From Epiperipatus broadwayi (Eukaryota; Animalia; Onychophora): 64,000 nt of DNA. The translations under genes were made by a program, and so were the position numbers. The notes beneath the pieces are model-generated. The model was not told the DNA's origin. It ran no database searches and saw only the letters and a program-made list of their open reading frames with translations. Positions within the stretch are counted from its first letter, which is position 1, and each line of letters opens with the position of its first letter. Below, one piece after another: positions 13,703-28,660 of this stretch. Location of the stretch: assembly GCA_028023455.1 (NCBI GenBank), contig JAQFVV010000003.1, positions 21,576,001 through 21,640,000 of the forward strand. The letters are read 5' to 3'.

Positions 13703-16700
13703 TCTTTACAACAGCTATATAATCAAATAAGCTGTTGTAAAGAATTATTATTTTTTTGATTATTATTATAATTATATTCATGTCCATAGTATTTTGAGAG
13801 ATCACAATGGGGAATTTATGTATGTTTTATAAATGTCTATAAGAATAGTGCCACTATTTTGATATATATTCTATATTTTGCCTTGTATTGGTGTATAATT
13901 CCCATTATTATTGTCATAAATTTAAAATTAACTATTTATTTATTTATTTATTTGCTATATGTGTTATAATGAGTAGACATGGTTTAAAGTTTGTCATGTA
14001 ATTGTTACCTCATTGTCTCACTTTTCATTATGGGTATTTCTATTTATTATTTATTGTGGCAACTATGTTGGTGATTTTTCATTTTACTTAAATATTGCTT
14101 GTTGGAACTTTTTTTATGTTAGTGGTAGATACTAATGGGTTACATATATGTGTAGGATTGAGCCAGTATTGTCTGCTCACTTTAGTGTAGGCTTGTTTTC
14201 TTTGCCACACCCCATAAATATTTAGGTATTCAAAGTTGTATATTATAAAAAGCATTTGTGTGATTATATTCCCCTACTCTTTATTATATATTTTCAAATG
14301 ATTGTGTGTTGAGTAAAGTATTGAGTTTGTACTTTTCTACTTCACAAGCTTTTTATATCTAAGACCAATATAATGTATTTATTTATATTCTGTACCATTT
14401 AAATTATTAATTATATATTAAGAAATTATAAACTAATTTCATTGTAAATATATCTTATTATATTACTAGCTACAATTATATTATTAGTACCTTCAGATGT
14501 GCTAATTAACCTTAGTATATATCACTGATTATTAAATTCAATCTGTAAGAGGTTTCTCTTTATTTATTTATATAATCTAAATATATCACAGATATTATAT
14601 GTGTATTTATCTAACTTATGTATTCATAAATGTAAAGATTTCTTTAATTTTATTTTGTTGTAAATAGTAGTGGCAAATAATTTATTTTTTTGTTAAATTG
14701 TAAACTAAAAGAAAATATATTTACTTTTTGTAATAAATATTTATTTTATTCTTTAATTATGTTTCTGTGTTGATTGCCATTAATCACATCCATATACCAG
14801 AAAATCCATTTGAATAGTAAGTGTTCAAAGTGTATATAAGAGTACATATTATTCTGAAATTGTCACAATAATACAATTCATGCAATTCATTATGGATGCA
14901 ATTAAATTTATAAGAGTACTTTAATAATGTTCTTGTTGTTAGCAATGAGTTTGGTACAAAAAAAATGTCCTTTTACCTAAATTACTTTAGTTTTGCTTTT
15001 ATTAGACTGTTATTTTAAATTTTAAAAAGATTTGATCATTTTTAGTTGATGATATAAGAACCAAAATAAGAGTTAATTTTTGCTAGCCAATATTATGTTT
15101 AAACCCATCTTTAGATAAACTTGTACTTCATTATAAAAGAAGAGAGTTTTGGTAAGATATTAAGAAAACTAAGAGTCTTATTGCTATTTAGTTAAAAGAA
15201 TCTAAATTATTATTTTAGATTATCATTGCAAAATTAGTATTCTATACAACTGAATTATTTAAGAACCTGAGATTATTATCACTAGTCATTATTATTGTTT
15301 GTAGAATGTAACAATGAATTATCAATCAACCATTGGTCTATCCACAGCTTATAAATTAAATGCATTAATTACTGCATGCTTAGTCAATGAGAAAACTTAT
15401 TTAGTGATTGTTCATTTAGCCTATAAGAGAACTTATCTTAGGTTATATGTTTATTTAATATATTAGATCTTATACTGATTTAGACCTGTGTTTAGAACTA
15501 AACTTTACCTTATGGTAGCTTGATCACCCTTTGTAAGGTTACAGTATATAAATGTCAAAAGAGTATTTGTTTTGCACGTATATGTATGCTAGAAAGTAGT
15601 ATAAATGTACAAAACATTACAGTAAACAATGCATTTTGTAAATAATGTGTAAGCTTTTATCATCTACATTCTTTGATGGGGAACTTGTATATGGCTGCAT
15701 CACTGTAAAAATTTAAAAATGGGTAAAATGTAATGTTATAAAGACTCTTTTTGATGTATTTAGAGCACCAATATAATTAGGCTTGCTATATTACAGAAAA
15801 AAATTTTGAATTACTTAAAATTAATAAATATCTCATTGTTTTTATAATTAAACACTATTCAATAATTTTTATATATATTCATGTTTTAACTTATTACCTT
15901 TTCCAATATTTTTACAACTTATTTGTTTCACTACATTGTGTTTGCATGATGTATCATTGTTTGCTGCTATTATAGTATTGTGCTCATTATAAGTATATAA
16001 TTGTTATACATATTCTGCATGATTTAACATAATGGAGAATGGCAAACTCTAGAGTTCAAAGTTCATTGATCATAGAAGAGCTGTCATGAAGATCAAACTT
16101 TTTATGAACTTCTAAGCAATATACTATTTCATTGTTTCACTATTATTATTATATATATAACCATTATGTAGTGGCTAATGTTGAATGTATATATGCTTGT
16201 TATGCAATTTGAAATAAAAATTTTTATTGTTGATAAAGCATTGTTTGAAATTATAATCATCAGGCTCCTATATTTTATAAGACTGCTATTTACTATAGAT
16301 TAATAAAATATTAAAAACAAAATAACCAAATCAAAAAAAAATAAAGACAATAATGATAAAAAAAATCATTTCTATATGCATCTTGATGGTATTAAAGTTT
16401 ATGATGCAGTTTTAAAGTTAAGTAAATAATCGTAGGATAAATTGCTGTGGAGATTATATGATATTTGAGCAACCTATTAATAGATTTCACATTTAACAAT
16501 TCCATTCAATTAATCCAAACTGAATATTTTTTACTTTGCTAGCTGGGAATTGATTTTAGGATTTTCAATTTTGAATCTTTCTCTCCATTACTGTGCTAAA
16601 TTTTATAAGACAGCTCTAAATTTAAATGCTAATAGAAATTATGTTTAAGAGGGAGATAAACAGTAACAACGACACAAGTGATCAAATATCACTTGATAAT

Positions 16701-17504
16701 AATACTATTTGTTTATCCAATTTGCCTTCAGAAAAAGACTTTATCATACTTAGAAATATAGGCATACAAACTTATATACATGCAAACTTATATACATACA
16801 TGCATATATATGTCGATATATGTACATACAAATATATGTACATATATTTACATCTTATGAAGGGTTATCAAAATAAGAAAGGAAAAGACAGAATACATTT
16901 CAGTAAACAATGAAAAATATAATCAATAAATTTAAAAAATATTCCTAATTATGGTATTCCAGGTTTTCCACATCCTTGCTCGCTTGTTTTATGAATGTAA
17001 ATAGTTTCAGTTTCTATTTATCTTTCTGTATTTATTATACTTGTTAATCAGTAATTTGATTGTCATTTAGGTTTGGGAAGAAGAGTGATAGTCTGACATC
17101 ATTGTTCCATTCAATTGGCCAAGATGAAGCTTGTGTGTGTGTGTGTGTTGTTCTAATATGGAACTGATTCAACAACTTCTCTACTATTTTTTTTTATTAC
17201 TAAGCTAAGTTTCCTAGAGTATATGATATACTTTTCTTTTCTAAATAGCTGTAGTTCAGAATATAGTCAATCTTTTCAAACATTTTTTCAAAATCTTTTT
17301 AATTAGGGTTTTCTTTTTTACAAAAAAGAAAATTTTATTATCAATCGTTACAATATTTATTATGTTTTCTTTATTAAGGCATGTTTAGTAACTGGAAAAA
17401 GTTTTTAGCAATAGTCAACTTTTTGTCCTCCATTCGTAAATGCCATCTTAATACAACTTGTTACAATTAGATATATTGTGAGAGGTGTATGTTGGGAATA
17501 ATAT

Positions 17505-17720
17505 GAGACTGATTGCTAGAAGAGATGATAATAGATAGATGAACAGTTGAAATTTTAAATTAAATTCCAAAAGATTGTAAAAAATCTAAAAAGAGACCGC
17601 CTGAAAGATGGATGGACGAAATAAGAAAGTTTGTTGGTGTGATGATGAAGAAAAGAGGCTATGGGTCGAAGAAACTGGATCAAATTTAGAAATGCATTCA
17701 TCTTGCAATAATATATCCAT
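17505..17720 (+). mobile_element. RTE-clade LINE 3' fragment
   Basis: Encodes IARRDDNR...KKRPPERWMDEIRK and is near-identical to 38730-38840. Confidence 0.85.
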
Positions 17721-20700
17721 AGCAGTTAAAAATCTTGATAATATTATAAATATACACATTAAAACTAAAACTTTCTACTAATATACTGAAAGCCATTTCA
17801 ATTTGTTATTTAAACGTGCGTGCAAAAATATTAATCGCGCGCAGCATTTTTTGCATTAATTAAACAAAAAAATGTACACTTTGTAATAAATGATCATATA
17901 AATTTTGAAAATGTCATAATATCGCAAGAATGTCATTTATTACTTTCACTTCAGTTTATCTGTATGTTTTTGTACAAATATTGATGAATATTTAATGTCT
18001 GATATTAATCTTTTTTCCTCGAACTCACTTATTATGACTATTTATCAGGATTTACATTCCACAATATTCAACACAAGACAATTTGACTTTTAATTTGGCG
18101 GTTTTGAATTATTTTATCTTTTGTTTGTCAAACAGGAAAATTTATTATACTAAAACTTATAATTAAAAAAAATGTTGACCATCTGAGGGCACTAGTGAAC
18201 AATGAAGAATCATGTGATCACCTTCTGCCTCTGGAAAAGATGAAACAAAGTAAATTAATAGAAAGGTCAAAGTTGGAAATAAAATTATAATGTAAAATTA
18301 TTAAGAATTACTTAAATTTTTTATATTCTGTTAAAATATAGATTTTTCAAAGTAAAAATTTTATCATCACTTAATTTTTCTGGTCAAAAATAACTGTTAA
18401 AATGTAACAAATATAGATCGTAATTCCGCTTCATCAATATCTTCGATCAATTTATTTCAAGCTTTTTCACGGAAAATTGGGAAATCATGAATAATAACAA
18501 ACTAAATTTATACAACATTCATGCATAATTTAATACAGTAATAGAATAGTAGTCTCTGAAATTCAAGCCCATATATTATATATGACTCCCTCCATCACCG
18601 AGGTTTTATCTTCTTATGAACTCCTTAATAATAAACTATTCGATTTTTTTTTTTGTATCTATGATACAATTTAATTTATATATATTATCAAAAAAAAACA
18701 CAAAGTTTTTCAGTTAAAAAAAATATAACGTAGTAATAAATCTAAAGATAAAAAGAGAGCAATCACATGACTGATTAAGCGCACAACATAAGGAAATAGC
18801 TGACTAAGAGATGATTCCTGGAGGTGTTTATTAGGTTTCTAACCTGAGAATTCCAGAACAAAAATTCCCATGAATTTTACTTTTTTCCCTAGTCTCAAAT
18901 CCTGAGGAAAAAATTTTCGACACCCAAGACTTTTTTTAAACTTAGTATGCATACATGAGACAAAATTTAAATATTTTTTTATTTATTTAATACTTCTGTT
19001 AAATATGGTATACAACCCTACTGCATAATTATAATCTATTCAATCACAGTGACTATCTAACGTAGATTTATAAATTGTATATTTGAGTATGTGTGCATAA
19101 TCATAAGTAATTGTATTCCATAAATATTTGAGTTTGAAAGCCCATACTTTTTCAGCTAGACTGGAAGTTTCCTTCAAATTAATTTATTACAATTAGGATG
19201 AGTTCATTTGCAGAAGAATATTAGATCAGCATGCATCTTTTAATTTCAAAATAGTTACTACAGTAAATATAATATTAATTTATCTGTATGCAAGAAAATG
19301 TTTTCAATGGCAGGAAATTTTATTATCAAAATATAAAATAAATTGTCTGAAGCAATAAATATATTAATGGCTTTATAAAATTATTTTGGAAAATAAAAAG
19401 TTAAATTAAATTTTTATATACTAATGTATATTTTTTTATTATGATAAGCAAATATTTTTTTTTTATAATTGACTTTTCATATTATATTTATCTATATTAG
19501 TACTTTGCAGTTTGTTTCTTATTTTCATTTCTCTGGTAAATTTGTTTTACTTCATTTTAAAATTTTCTTTTTATTGAAGTTTTTATTTAATTCTATAACT
19601 TACTAATTATTAGCTGGAATCCTTTTATGATGGTAAATATCAATCATCATTCACCTTTTTCATAATAATGGCAAACCAATACAGATGTGTTATGTTCTGT
19701 CACAAGTTAGATTGTGTGTGTGTGTGTATTTTGTTTGTTTGTTTGTTTGTTTGTTGTTGTTTTTTCAAAATCTCAGGGAGTTCCAAAAATTTAAATTTTT
19801 CAATCTCTAAGTCCAGGAAACAGAAAAACAGTTGAGACCTAGAAATTCTAATGTTTCTACAAATAGGTGCATGTGTAAAATTTTTGAATTTCTAATGTAC
19901 TTTTTTGTAGTTTATTTACATTGAGTCTACTGAATCCATTAGAAGTTTTATTATTTTCTAATAAAACTTCTAACAATTCTTATTCAAGTTTACAAAAAAT
20001 TAGTAAATCATTTGTTATTTGAAAACCTGAAGTGTTAGTAAACTTCAACATGGGAACCTTTAGCTTTCAAGCCATCGTTCTCCCTCCACATTAAAATGTA
20101 TTGAATAATCAATTTCAGAGTCAATCTCTAAATATGGACTAAATTAAATAATATTAAGATACAAAAAGCCTATTATTAATAATGATACAAGAAAGTTGTT
20201 CTTGGTTTAGTCACATGATAAATGAAGATGAAAACTATGTTAGTATGACATTACTAGTATGAAGCCACCTAGTAAGAGAAAGATAAACAGATCCAAATTA
20301 TGTAAACTGTTTCATCATAGATGTGATATATTGGAGAACTTGTTATATTTCAGAAGATATGAAAGTAAAGATTTACATCAGCATACATATAAATAAAGCT
20401 AGAGAAAGAAGAGTATCAACTGCTTAGAAATGATACGATATTCAAGATTAAAATTGGAATTAAGAATATACAGATTATATTAGTCATCCAGATTATGATT
20501 TCGCATTTGTATTCATATTCTTTAGAGTTAACTTGAATTCTTCCATTATCATTCAACTCTAGTGCTGAACCATAGTGGATATGTGTTGTAACATATAAAT
20601 GAACTGTGACATTAATAATAGAAACTTTTCATTTTAGTTGGTTGAAGTTGGCTTTGAAGTGCTGATTTTAGTTGTTTTCTTATTCTGAGTATCATTAGGT

Positions 20701-21559
20701 TTAAAAAATGCTTTCAGAAGCAGTAATTCATTCTTTTTTCATTCTATTTTTATTATCATACTGCCTTCTGATCATTCTAACTTGTGATAGATGAATATAG
20801 AATAAAGTATAAATAGATAAATTACTTTTTTTAAAAGTAAATGTTACATGTATATAAAAAATCATGAGTTTTCAGAAACTGTGTTATTTTTTCACTGCTC
20901 TTCTTTTAAGTACAAATATTGTGAAACTACGCGTTCTACAATTTTTAGATTAAGATTTTATCTGCATTAGATGCTGGTTCTTGTTAAACATTTAATTCCT
21001 ATACATATAACATCTTAATAATGTAAAATTTTTATTAACTACATCAGTGCCAAACCCATCTGGCAAATTTTTGAATAGCTTTAGCAACTGTTATTTTTAA
21101 TGTTTAAATTTTTTTGTGTGCAATTAAATTTTTTTTACATATATAATTAGTTTATAAGTTAGAACAAAATATTAGATATTTGAATTTTATGTTATTAAAA
21201 AATGATATAGTTAGAATTAGTTATTATCAAAGAAACAAAAAAAATTCTAAGAATCAATAAATTATTAATTGTTATTAAAATATTTTATTTACAGTTTTCA
21301 CAAAAACTATTTTCTTTTATCTTTCAAAAACCAAATTTATTGTACATTTAGACCATAGAAATACAGACCAAAAAGTAAAAAAAAAAAAAAACAAGTAAAT
21401 GATTATGAAATAGCATGCAAATAAAAAAAGGATATATTTGAGTTAATGTTTGCACAGGAAACTTTTGTGACTTGTTTGTTGTTCCAAAAATAGACCTTAG
21501 AAACACAATTTGTCTAAAGTTCATAGCAGGAAAGATTAAAATGAGATGCTGTTAGTAGG

Positions 21560-23810
21560 TAGTATTAATATCCATGTTTGAGTTTTATGAAATGATGAAA
21601 AGCAACAGCCACCCAATAAACAGCAAAGTTGCGGGGAGCTCTATCCAATTGCAATGGAGTCCCATGTTTGTGCAGCTGTGAAGGGGTCAGCAGTACGCAT
21701 ATCTCTATCCCTTTCCTTGTTTAGTATTTGGAAAAATGCTGTGAATATATTATTCAAGGTCTCAGCCTGGAACACCAGCTTACAGCGCAATGCCCAGATG
21801 GAAAAGTTAATTATGGCCGAAAGCCGGATCTCAGAGAATATGCCCTTTTCAATTGCTGTCTTGAGGTTCATTTCAATTTGATTTCTTGTCTTGTTTTGTT
21901 GAAAATGAGTTCTTAAATTGTTCAAAGTTATGCATTCAAAGAGGAAGTGATCGGTAGTCTATTCCTGTCTTTGACACAATGTGCAATTAGGGTCAATATC
22001 TTGCCCCCTTTTATAGTGGAGGAAGGCATTTGTTGGGAGGGCATGCAGGTTCAATTTCAATAGGAAGTCCATGATTTTTGGCAGCAACTTCCAGAGCTTG
22101 GTCATCCTTATCATTTGAGGGATGTTGATTGAAAGGCAGCTGGGGATCCTCTGTTTTTGATGGTCAAGAAGATCAAACACTTCCCAATACGCAAGTTTTC
22201 TTTGAAATAGGGTTGATGTTGGTTTGATGTTATCAAAGATAAAGTTGATCTGCTGTTGAAGGAGCAAGGCATGTCCTCTGCGGGGTGGCCGATCAGTAGG
22301 TTGAATGTCCTTTTCCGGAAGTGGGCATTGAGCACGTTCATTTTCCTTGAAGATGTTATAGAGTACATTATGGATGCATTGTAAGTTGAATATAGTTAGC
22401 GAGTGTAGTGAGAGACCATTTAAAGTTTTGGGCTTTTGGAGGATTCTCAAGCTAATTACGGGTGATCGGCCCACCCAACACAGTTTTCTTCAGGCAGTTT
22501 CTACTTTGTTGATGAATACCTTGGTGGGGATGAACCCTGCCAAATAGTATATTATTTTTGGAAGAATGAGAGCATTTAAAAGGGCTACTTTCCCAAATAG
22601 GGAAAGGTATATTTTTGACAAAGATGCGATTGTGGTTTCAATTTTCTCTAATAATGAGACCTGTATCTCTTTACGCATCACCGTGGGTGTTTTTGATAGG
22701 TAAAATCCTAGAAATTTCTGTGGTGCTGCTTCAAATCCACCAGAGATCTTCTGGCCAGTAAGAATTGACCAAATAGCTGATTTTTTTGGGTTGACAAGGA
22801 AACCAGATAATTTGGCATGGTGATCAAGAAGTTGTTTTAGCTTACCCAGTTCATCATGGGATGAAAGAAACACAACTACATCATCCATATAGGAGATGTG
22901 ATTGATGTTCTCATTAAGTAGCGGAACAGCGATACTAGAAAACGTGGCCTCGATGTTCAACAGCATTGGATTGATATAGGCAGCAAAGAGAAGTGCACTC
23001 AGGGGAGAACCTTGGGGGATGGAGATGTAGGGCATAAAACCCGGGGCAATGCGACCATCTAGGGACAAGAACACTTCCCGATTGTAAAGAAGGTTCTCAA
23101 TCATTTGAATGTATACGGGTGGTACATTTAGCTGTTCCAAAACACTGAGAAGAACATCAATTCTCACGGAGTCAAATGCCCCAGCTATATCAAGTTGGAC
23201 TGCAATGGGCCGGGACTTCCTTTGTCTCCGCACATGATCGACCAGAAGTCTGAAGTGGCTGACAGCATCAGATGTTGAAGTGCCTTTTTTTGCAAATTGA
23301 TAGCGCAAAAGTTGTTTAATTATGTTATATTGAATCTTTGTCAATAGAGGAATCATCGAGATAGGACGCAGGTTATTGAGATCTAGTTGTGCATCTCGCT
23401 TCTTTAAAAAGGGTACCATGGAGATGGGACATAGGTTTATTAGGTGATGACTTCCAGTGGCGATGAGGTCTATCATTCCATGGATTACTGGGATAGTAAA
23501 AGCTCTTAGGTGTAAAAGTAGAAATCTGGGAATTCCATGCATGCCAGGATGGACACTTTCTGGGAGTTATTGCAGTTTGTCAAGAATATCACCATCTGTG
23601 ATGTTATGTTCCATAGGGTTGTTAGTAATAAAAACTCTACAGATGTTAGTGACACCAATAGGTTGTAATTTTCTTTTGTAAAAGTCTCTTATTTTGGAAA
23701 GCATGGAGAGGCCGATATATTGTTTACTGTGTATCTTGATCGATGAGGGTGCATTTTCTTTTAGCCCATAATGGCTGTTTCAATGACAATTTCCAGTTCT
23801 CATAACATAC
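21560..23810 (-). mobile_element. L1/Tx1-like non-LTR retrotransposon, 5'-truncated, best-preserved ORF2 copy
   Basis: 350-aa ORF with NLRPISM, QLDIAGAFDSV, PQGSPLSALLF, SYMDD and KFLGF; downstream NLHALPT, CTLC..H..C and IWALRC. Confidence 0.95.
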
Positions 23811-25226
23811 TTTCTAATAGCAGTTTTTTTTTAAATAAAATGTTTTTAAAAACAATGTCCTCCCCCAAATGACATAGCTTTTGGTTTAATAATAAGTCTT
23901 TTACAAAAATATTGCATCATAATCAATAACAATTATTGAAAACATGTTATTTATTTCATTTAGCCAAAGGATAAAACAATCAAAGCACCGGCCAATCACA
24001 AATTGCCACTTCCTTCATAGCTTTGACAGAACAATAGAAGATGCTGTCAATCACACACAAAGGTCTAATAAAGGTCCATATACTGCTGACATCTCTTGGC
24101 ATTTTTTTAAAATACATTAAAAATGGAAGCTTCATAGAAAGAATCACAGCAGCCTGTCACACTCTGTAATTTAATATGTACAACATTTTAAAACAACATA
24201 GACAAGCAGTGATTACAGTACCATCATACCACATAAAATGTTAAATATAATAGTGTGATCATAGCTTACTTTTGTTAAGGATTTAACATTTATGATGATA
24301 GGGTAAACATTGAAATGTTAAAATAAAATATATTAGATTGTTAGTCAGTAAAATTATACCATTTTTGACTATCAGGTATTATCATTAAATCATGTTTCAT
24401 TATCCATTTACTTCTTTATATCTTTAGGAACAGTTAATACTACATGATCACAATTTTGATCCCTTACTGGTCCAATACTGGATGAAGGTCACTCTAAATT
24501 TATTCAAATGCTTTTTATCCATAGCTTTTTTTCTAGATCAGAATTTTTTTATCATTTCTCTTATTTATCCATTTCACTGGTGATATTTTTCCAGGTCTTT
24601 CAATATCTTTTGGAATCCAATTTAAGACTTCACTAGCTCATCTACAACATTTGTAAGCTAACTGCATTTCATTCTCTTAATTTTATTGATCTTAATGATG
24701 ACTAGTGACTCTTATTACCTATATACTTTACATTCAATCCTTTTTCATTAAACCTAATATATATATATACACACACTTTTATTTTGTGATCTGAAAGTCA
24801 CATATCCATAAATTAACACTGATGTAATAAATTGCTCCAAATCCCTTTTTTTAAAGTTCAAAGTCATATTTGTGTATAATATTAAAATATTCTGACATTA
24901 GCAACTTTCATTTAAATTTTATTCAATAATTAATTTCTTTCATGATATTTCTATCTATACTAATAATGTGTTTTTCAAAACTTTTAATAAATTTAAGTAA
25001 CTATTATTTCAAAAGTTTGAATTCAATATTGGGTTCAGAGTTGGAAATGTTTTAGAAATGCATAGCTATTAAAAATAAATCTGTAATTATATCAGTAAAA
25101 TGGAAAATGTTTAAAAATTAAATAATATTATTTGGTTGTTTTATAATAGCATGTTGTAACTGCTGGAGGGCATGGTTTGTTTGTAAACAAAGATAAATAT
25201 AATGTTGCCGGGGCCGGGTTTTTTTT

Positions 25227-25330
25227 CCATATGTCATAGCATCGACCGGGATGTGAACCCACAACCGTCTGCAACCAACTACTTGCTTGCAAGGCGGCTA
25301 TGATGATCTCTTGGCTAACGATGCTTGATG
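25227..25330 (-). mobile_element. tRNA-Gly-derived SINE with approximately 11-bp TSD
   Basis: The reverse complement ends gggttcacatcccggtcgatgctatgacatatgg-A(n); gggtttttttt lies on both flanks. Confidence 0.75.
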
Positions 25331-25339
25331 GGGTTTTTT

Positions 25340-25640
25340 TTCTTAGTTTGGTTTGTTTAGCACATTTATAAAAGTAATATCAAATAAATTTTTTAACACA
25401 AAAAAAAAATGCATAAAAAAATCAAAAAATGAATTTACAAAAAGTACTTAATTTTTTTTATTCTTTTCATTACTTATATTTTCGGGCCAGGGTTTTTTTC
25501 TATGTATTTTTTTGTTTTTTGTTTAGTTTAAAAGTACTATCAAATCAATTTTGAACCAAAAAAAAAATACATCAATTAAAAATGAATTTTAAAAAGTAGT
25601 TACTTTTTATTCTTCTCATTACTTATATTTTCAGTTGAGT
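25340..25640. repeat. Diverged tandem duplication, about 150-bp units
   Basis: aaaagta.tatcaaat...aaaaatgaattt..aaaagta...ttattctt.tcattacttatattttc occurs twice. Confidence 0.75.
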
Positions 25641-28583
25641 ATTCTACAAAAATCAGCTTCTTATTTTTTTGTTTGTTTTATTTTTATAAATTACAAATAA
25701 ATCTATTTCCATTTAATGGTAACATTTACAACCAAAAGTCAGACTTTGGGAGAGGGGGGTGTTTACAATTCATAACAGAACGGAATGCAACTCGAAGGTT
25801 GACAAAGTTTTTACAGTAATTACCAAAAACATAAATATATATGGCAATTAAAACCAACTTTTTGGGCTCTTCAGGAACAGCATGCATGCAGCTTCAAGCT
25901 CTTTTGTTTGATAACCCTTACAGCAGTCACAAAATTCTTTGACATTCGGAAACTTTCCTATTTCAGACATTTGATTAAGCTCGCAGTTGTTCTCGCAGAA
26001 ATGTGGCTTAGAGCATGATTTGATCCCAATCGTGCTTGCACCTACACTTGCCGAATATTTTGAGCAGGAAATGTGGGCTAGAAAAGCATGAGACTATGCT
26101 CATAATTGTTAGTAGACATTCCTAAAACATGTGAAATAGAGGGGGAGGTGGTCTTAATGAATATTAAAATAGTTTTGACAATCGGAATTCCAACCACCTT
26201 CACATAATGCTGTAGCCCAAAGTGAAATGTGATCACATATCAAAAATGCTTACCCCAAATCTGAGCTGTAAGCTGACATGGTAGCTTCTGTGGCAGATTA
26301 AATGTCATATTTCTGTGCATTAGCATAGAAATAGACACAGCCACTCCATACAATGGACTATTTCTAGGCTTATGCATTAGAAATAGAATGTTTGATAGTC
26401 GAGGCTGCCTAAACGGCATATTTCTGTGTGCTATCATAAAAATAACACCCTCTGGCAGTTGCAACATGCTATTGTAAAACAACCTGTTATTTTAATATAA
26501 ATTTAAATTTATTTTTTATACTTGCTCAATTACAAAGAAATTTTGCATCATTAAATAAGTGACAAAAATTTGAATTCTGAGCCATAATAAAAGATATCCC
26601 ATTTTTATATATTGTAAAAGTGATGGTAAAAAAGGAAATACTTAAAAACTTACTTGGCAGAAAATATCTAAATTATTTTAAAAATTAAATACAATAATAA
26701 AAATATATTTAAATCCATTGCAGCTTATATTTACTTGATATTTTGCATTATTAAGTGGCAAAAAATGTCATAAAAATTGAAGCTTTTTTTCAATGTTTTT
26801 GCAAAAACTAATCTAACATAAAAATAAACACTTGAAAATTCTTTTAATGTTGGCATTTTTTTGATAAATGTTTACTACAGAATGAATAAACTAGCATGGC
26901 TTTTGTTAACAGTTCAACTTTTTCATAAAGAGATGCTACAATATACTCTGAAAATATATTTTTTTATAAAATTAAAATAATGTAATCTTAAATAAATATT
27001 AAAACTGTAACCATACTCTTATGGTTTTTTTAATTAATTATTAATTTGTTTTTGTTTGTTAATTTGTTTTTTTGTTGTTGTTGTTGTTGGTTTACTTTTT
27101 AAAATAGCTGTACAGAAATTTGGAAATTTCATACAACTTAAGAATAAGAAACTTTTTTATGAAAATATTTATGGGATATTAGACTCTTATTATGCTTATG
27201 TATTTTTTATGTTCATTAATATAATAATTGTGACAATGTATTGAAATCAGTTAACATCTTTTAACCTAGACTAAATTAATAGTAATCTTATATTAGAAGC
27301 TGTTAACATATTCATTCTATCTACTTTATTTATTATTTAAAATAAAATATAGAATCAAAACTTTTTGATTTTGATCTATTGTAGATAATTGGAAGTTTAG
27401 ATAGCTTAAGAATTAATTTAACTTCTCTATAAAAATTGATTATTAAGTGCTTTTATTGAAGTTGAGAAACTGGTTGGTTTGTTATTTTTTTTCTGAGAAG
27501 ATTAGGGCATTTATCTTTGAATGTTTCATTATGTGATATATTAGGCTAGGGAGGTAGTTGGCAAGAGAATTGAACAAAGAGCAAAAACTTCTAAACTTTT
27601 CTCACTGCTTACAGTTGGTAGGCCTACTGAATAATGCATTCATCTTTACTCTTCCTGGTTTGCTGTTAGAGAAATATTTGGCTATTGTGAACGATTAAAA
27701 GATTATGACCTCTTATATTTGTGTTTAGAAACCAATTACTTATTTTCCTGATTATTTTCAATGATTAGTGGTTAACTTAAAACCTAACTGTTCCTAGATC
27801 AATATTTAGCTCAAAAAATAAATTAGAAAAATATAATTTAATCAGTCAAATGGAACAATTATGCTTAACCTGTTTCTTTATTGTTCAAACATCATTCAGT
27901 CTATAGTTTCACATAATCTTTCTAATGTAAGTTAATGATATGACAGAAGAAACACATATTAATTTTTTTAAAGAAATTGTTGTATTAATTCCTTTGAATA
28001 AACTTAATATTTTGATTCACATTTTTTGGAACTGAGTATATAAAAGATTATTGATTACTCAGGCTTGCAACAGATGTCACTGGAGAAGAGAAAGGAGAAT
28101 TTCTTTTGTTTATAATAATATAATAAACTGAATCAAATGATATTGGGATGGCACAAAATATGTAAATCATATCCATATCTAGATTATTATTCCTAATTAT
28201 GATCAACCACAGGATCTCTCTACTGTTATTTTGTGTCACGAATCAGACTTAACAAATTCATGCTATATCAATGGAAATGCATGATTTTTATTTAACTTTT
28301 TAATCTATTTTTTCTAATCCTATTTTTTTTTTTTTTTTAGCTAATATCGGCAATACTATGTCAAGTGTATTTTTAATTTATATGGAGTTTTTTTTTATTA
28401 AATCTTACTGCATAGTTTTTTCATTGTGTTGTTATTACATACTATTTGCTTTTGGATCAAGAAGAGAATTTAAATATTCTTATAATTTTTTTAGATAGAA
28501 GGCATAAGATAAAACGTTTTTCTGTAAAAAAAAAAGTGCATTAGTTCATATTTAACTTAATTGTAATGATATATAGAAGTTAA

Positions 28584-28660
28584 TAAACATCACATGATCA
28601 CCATTTCTTATGCTTGCTTATAACTGTTATTAATATATATAGTGAGTTTTGTCTGTTTTA
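28584..28660. mobile_element. Short family A insertion with internal inversion and 15-bp TSD
   Basis: The family A end (aaacatcacatgatcaccatttcttatgc) is joined to inverted agtgagttttgtctg; atatatagaagttaa at 28569-28583 and 28661-28675. Confidence 0.8.
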
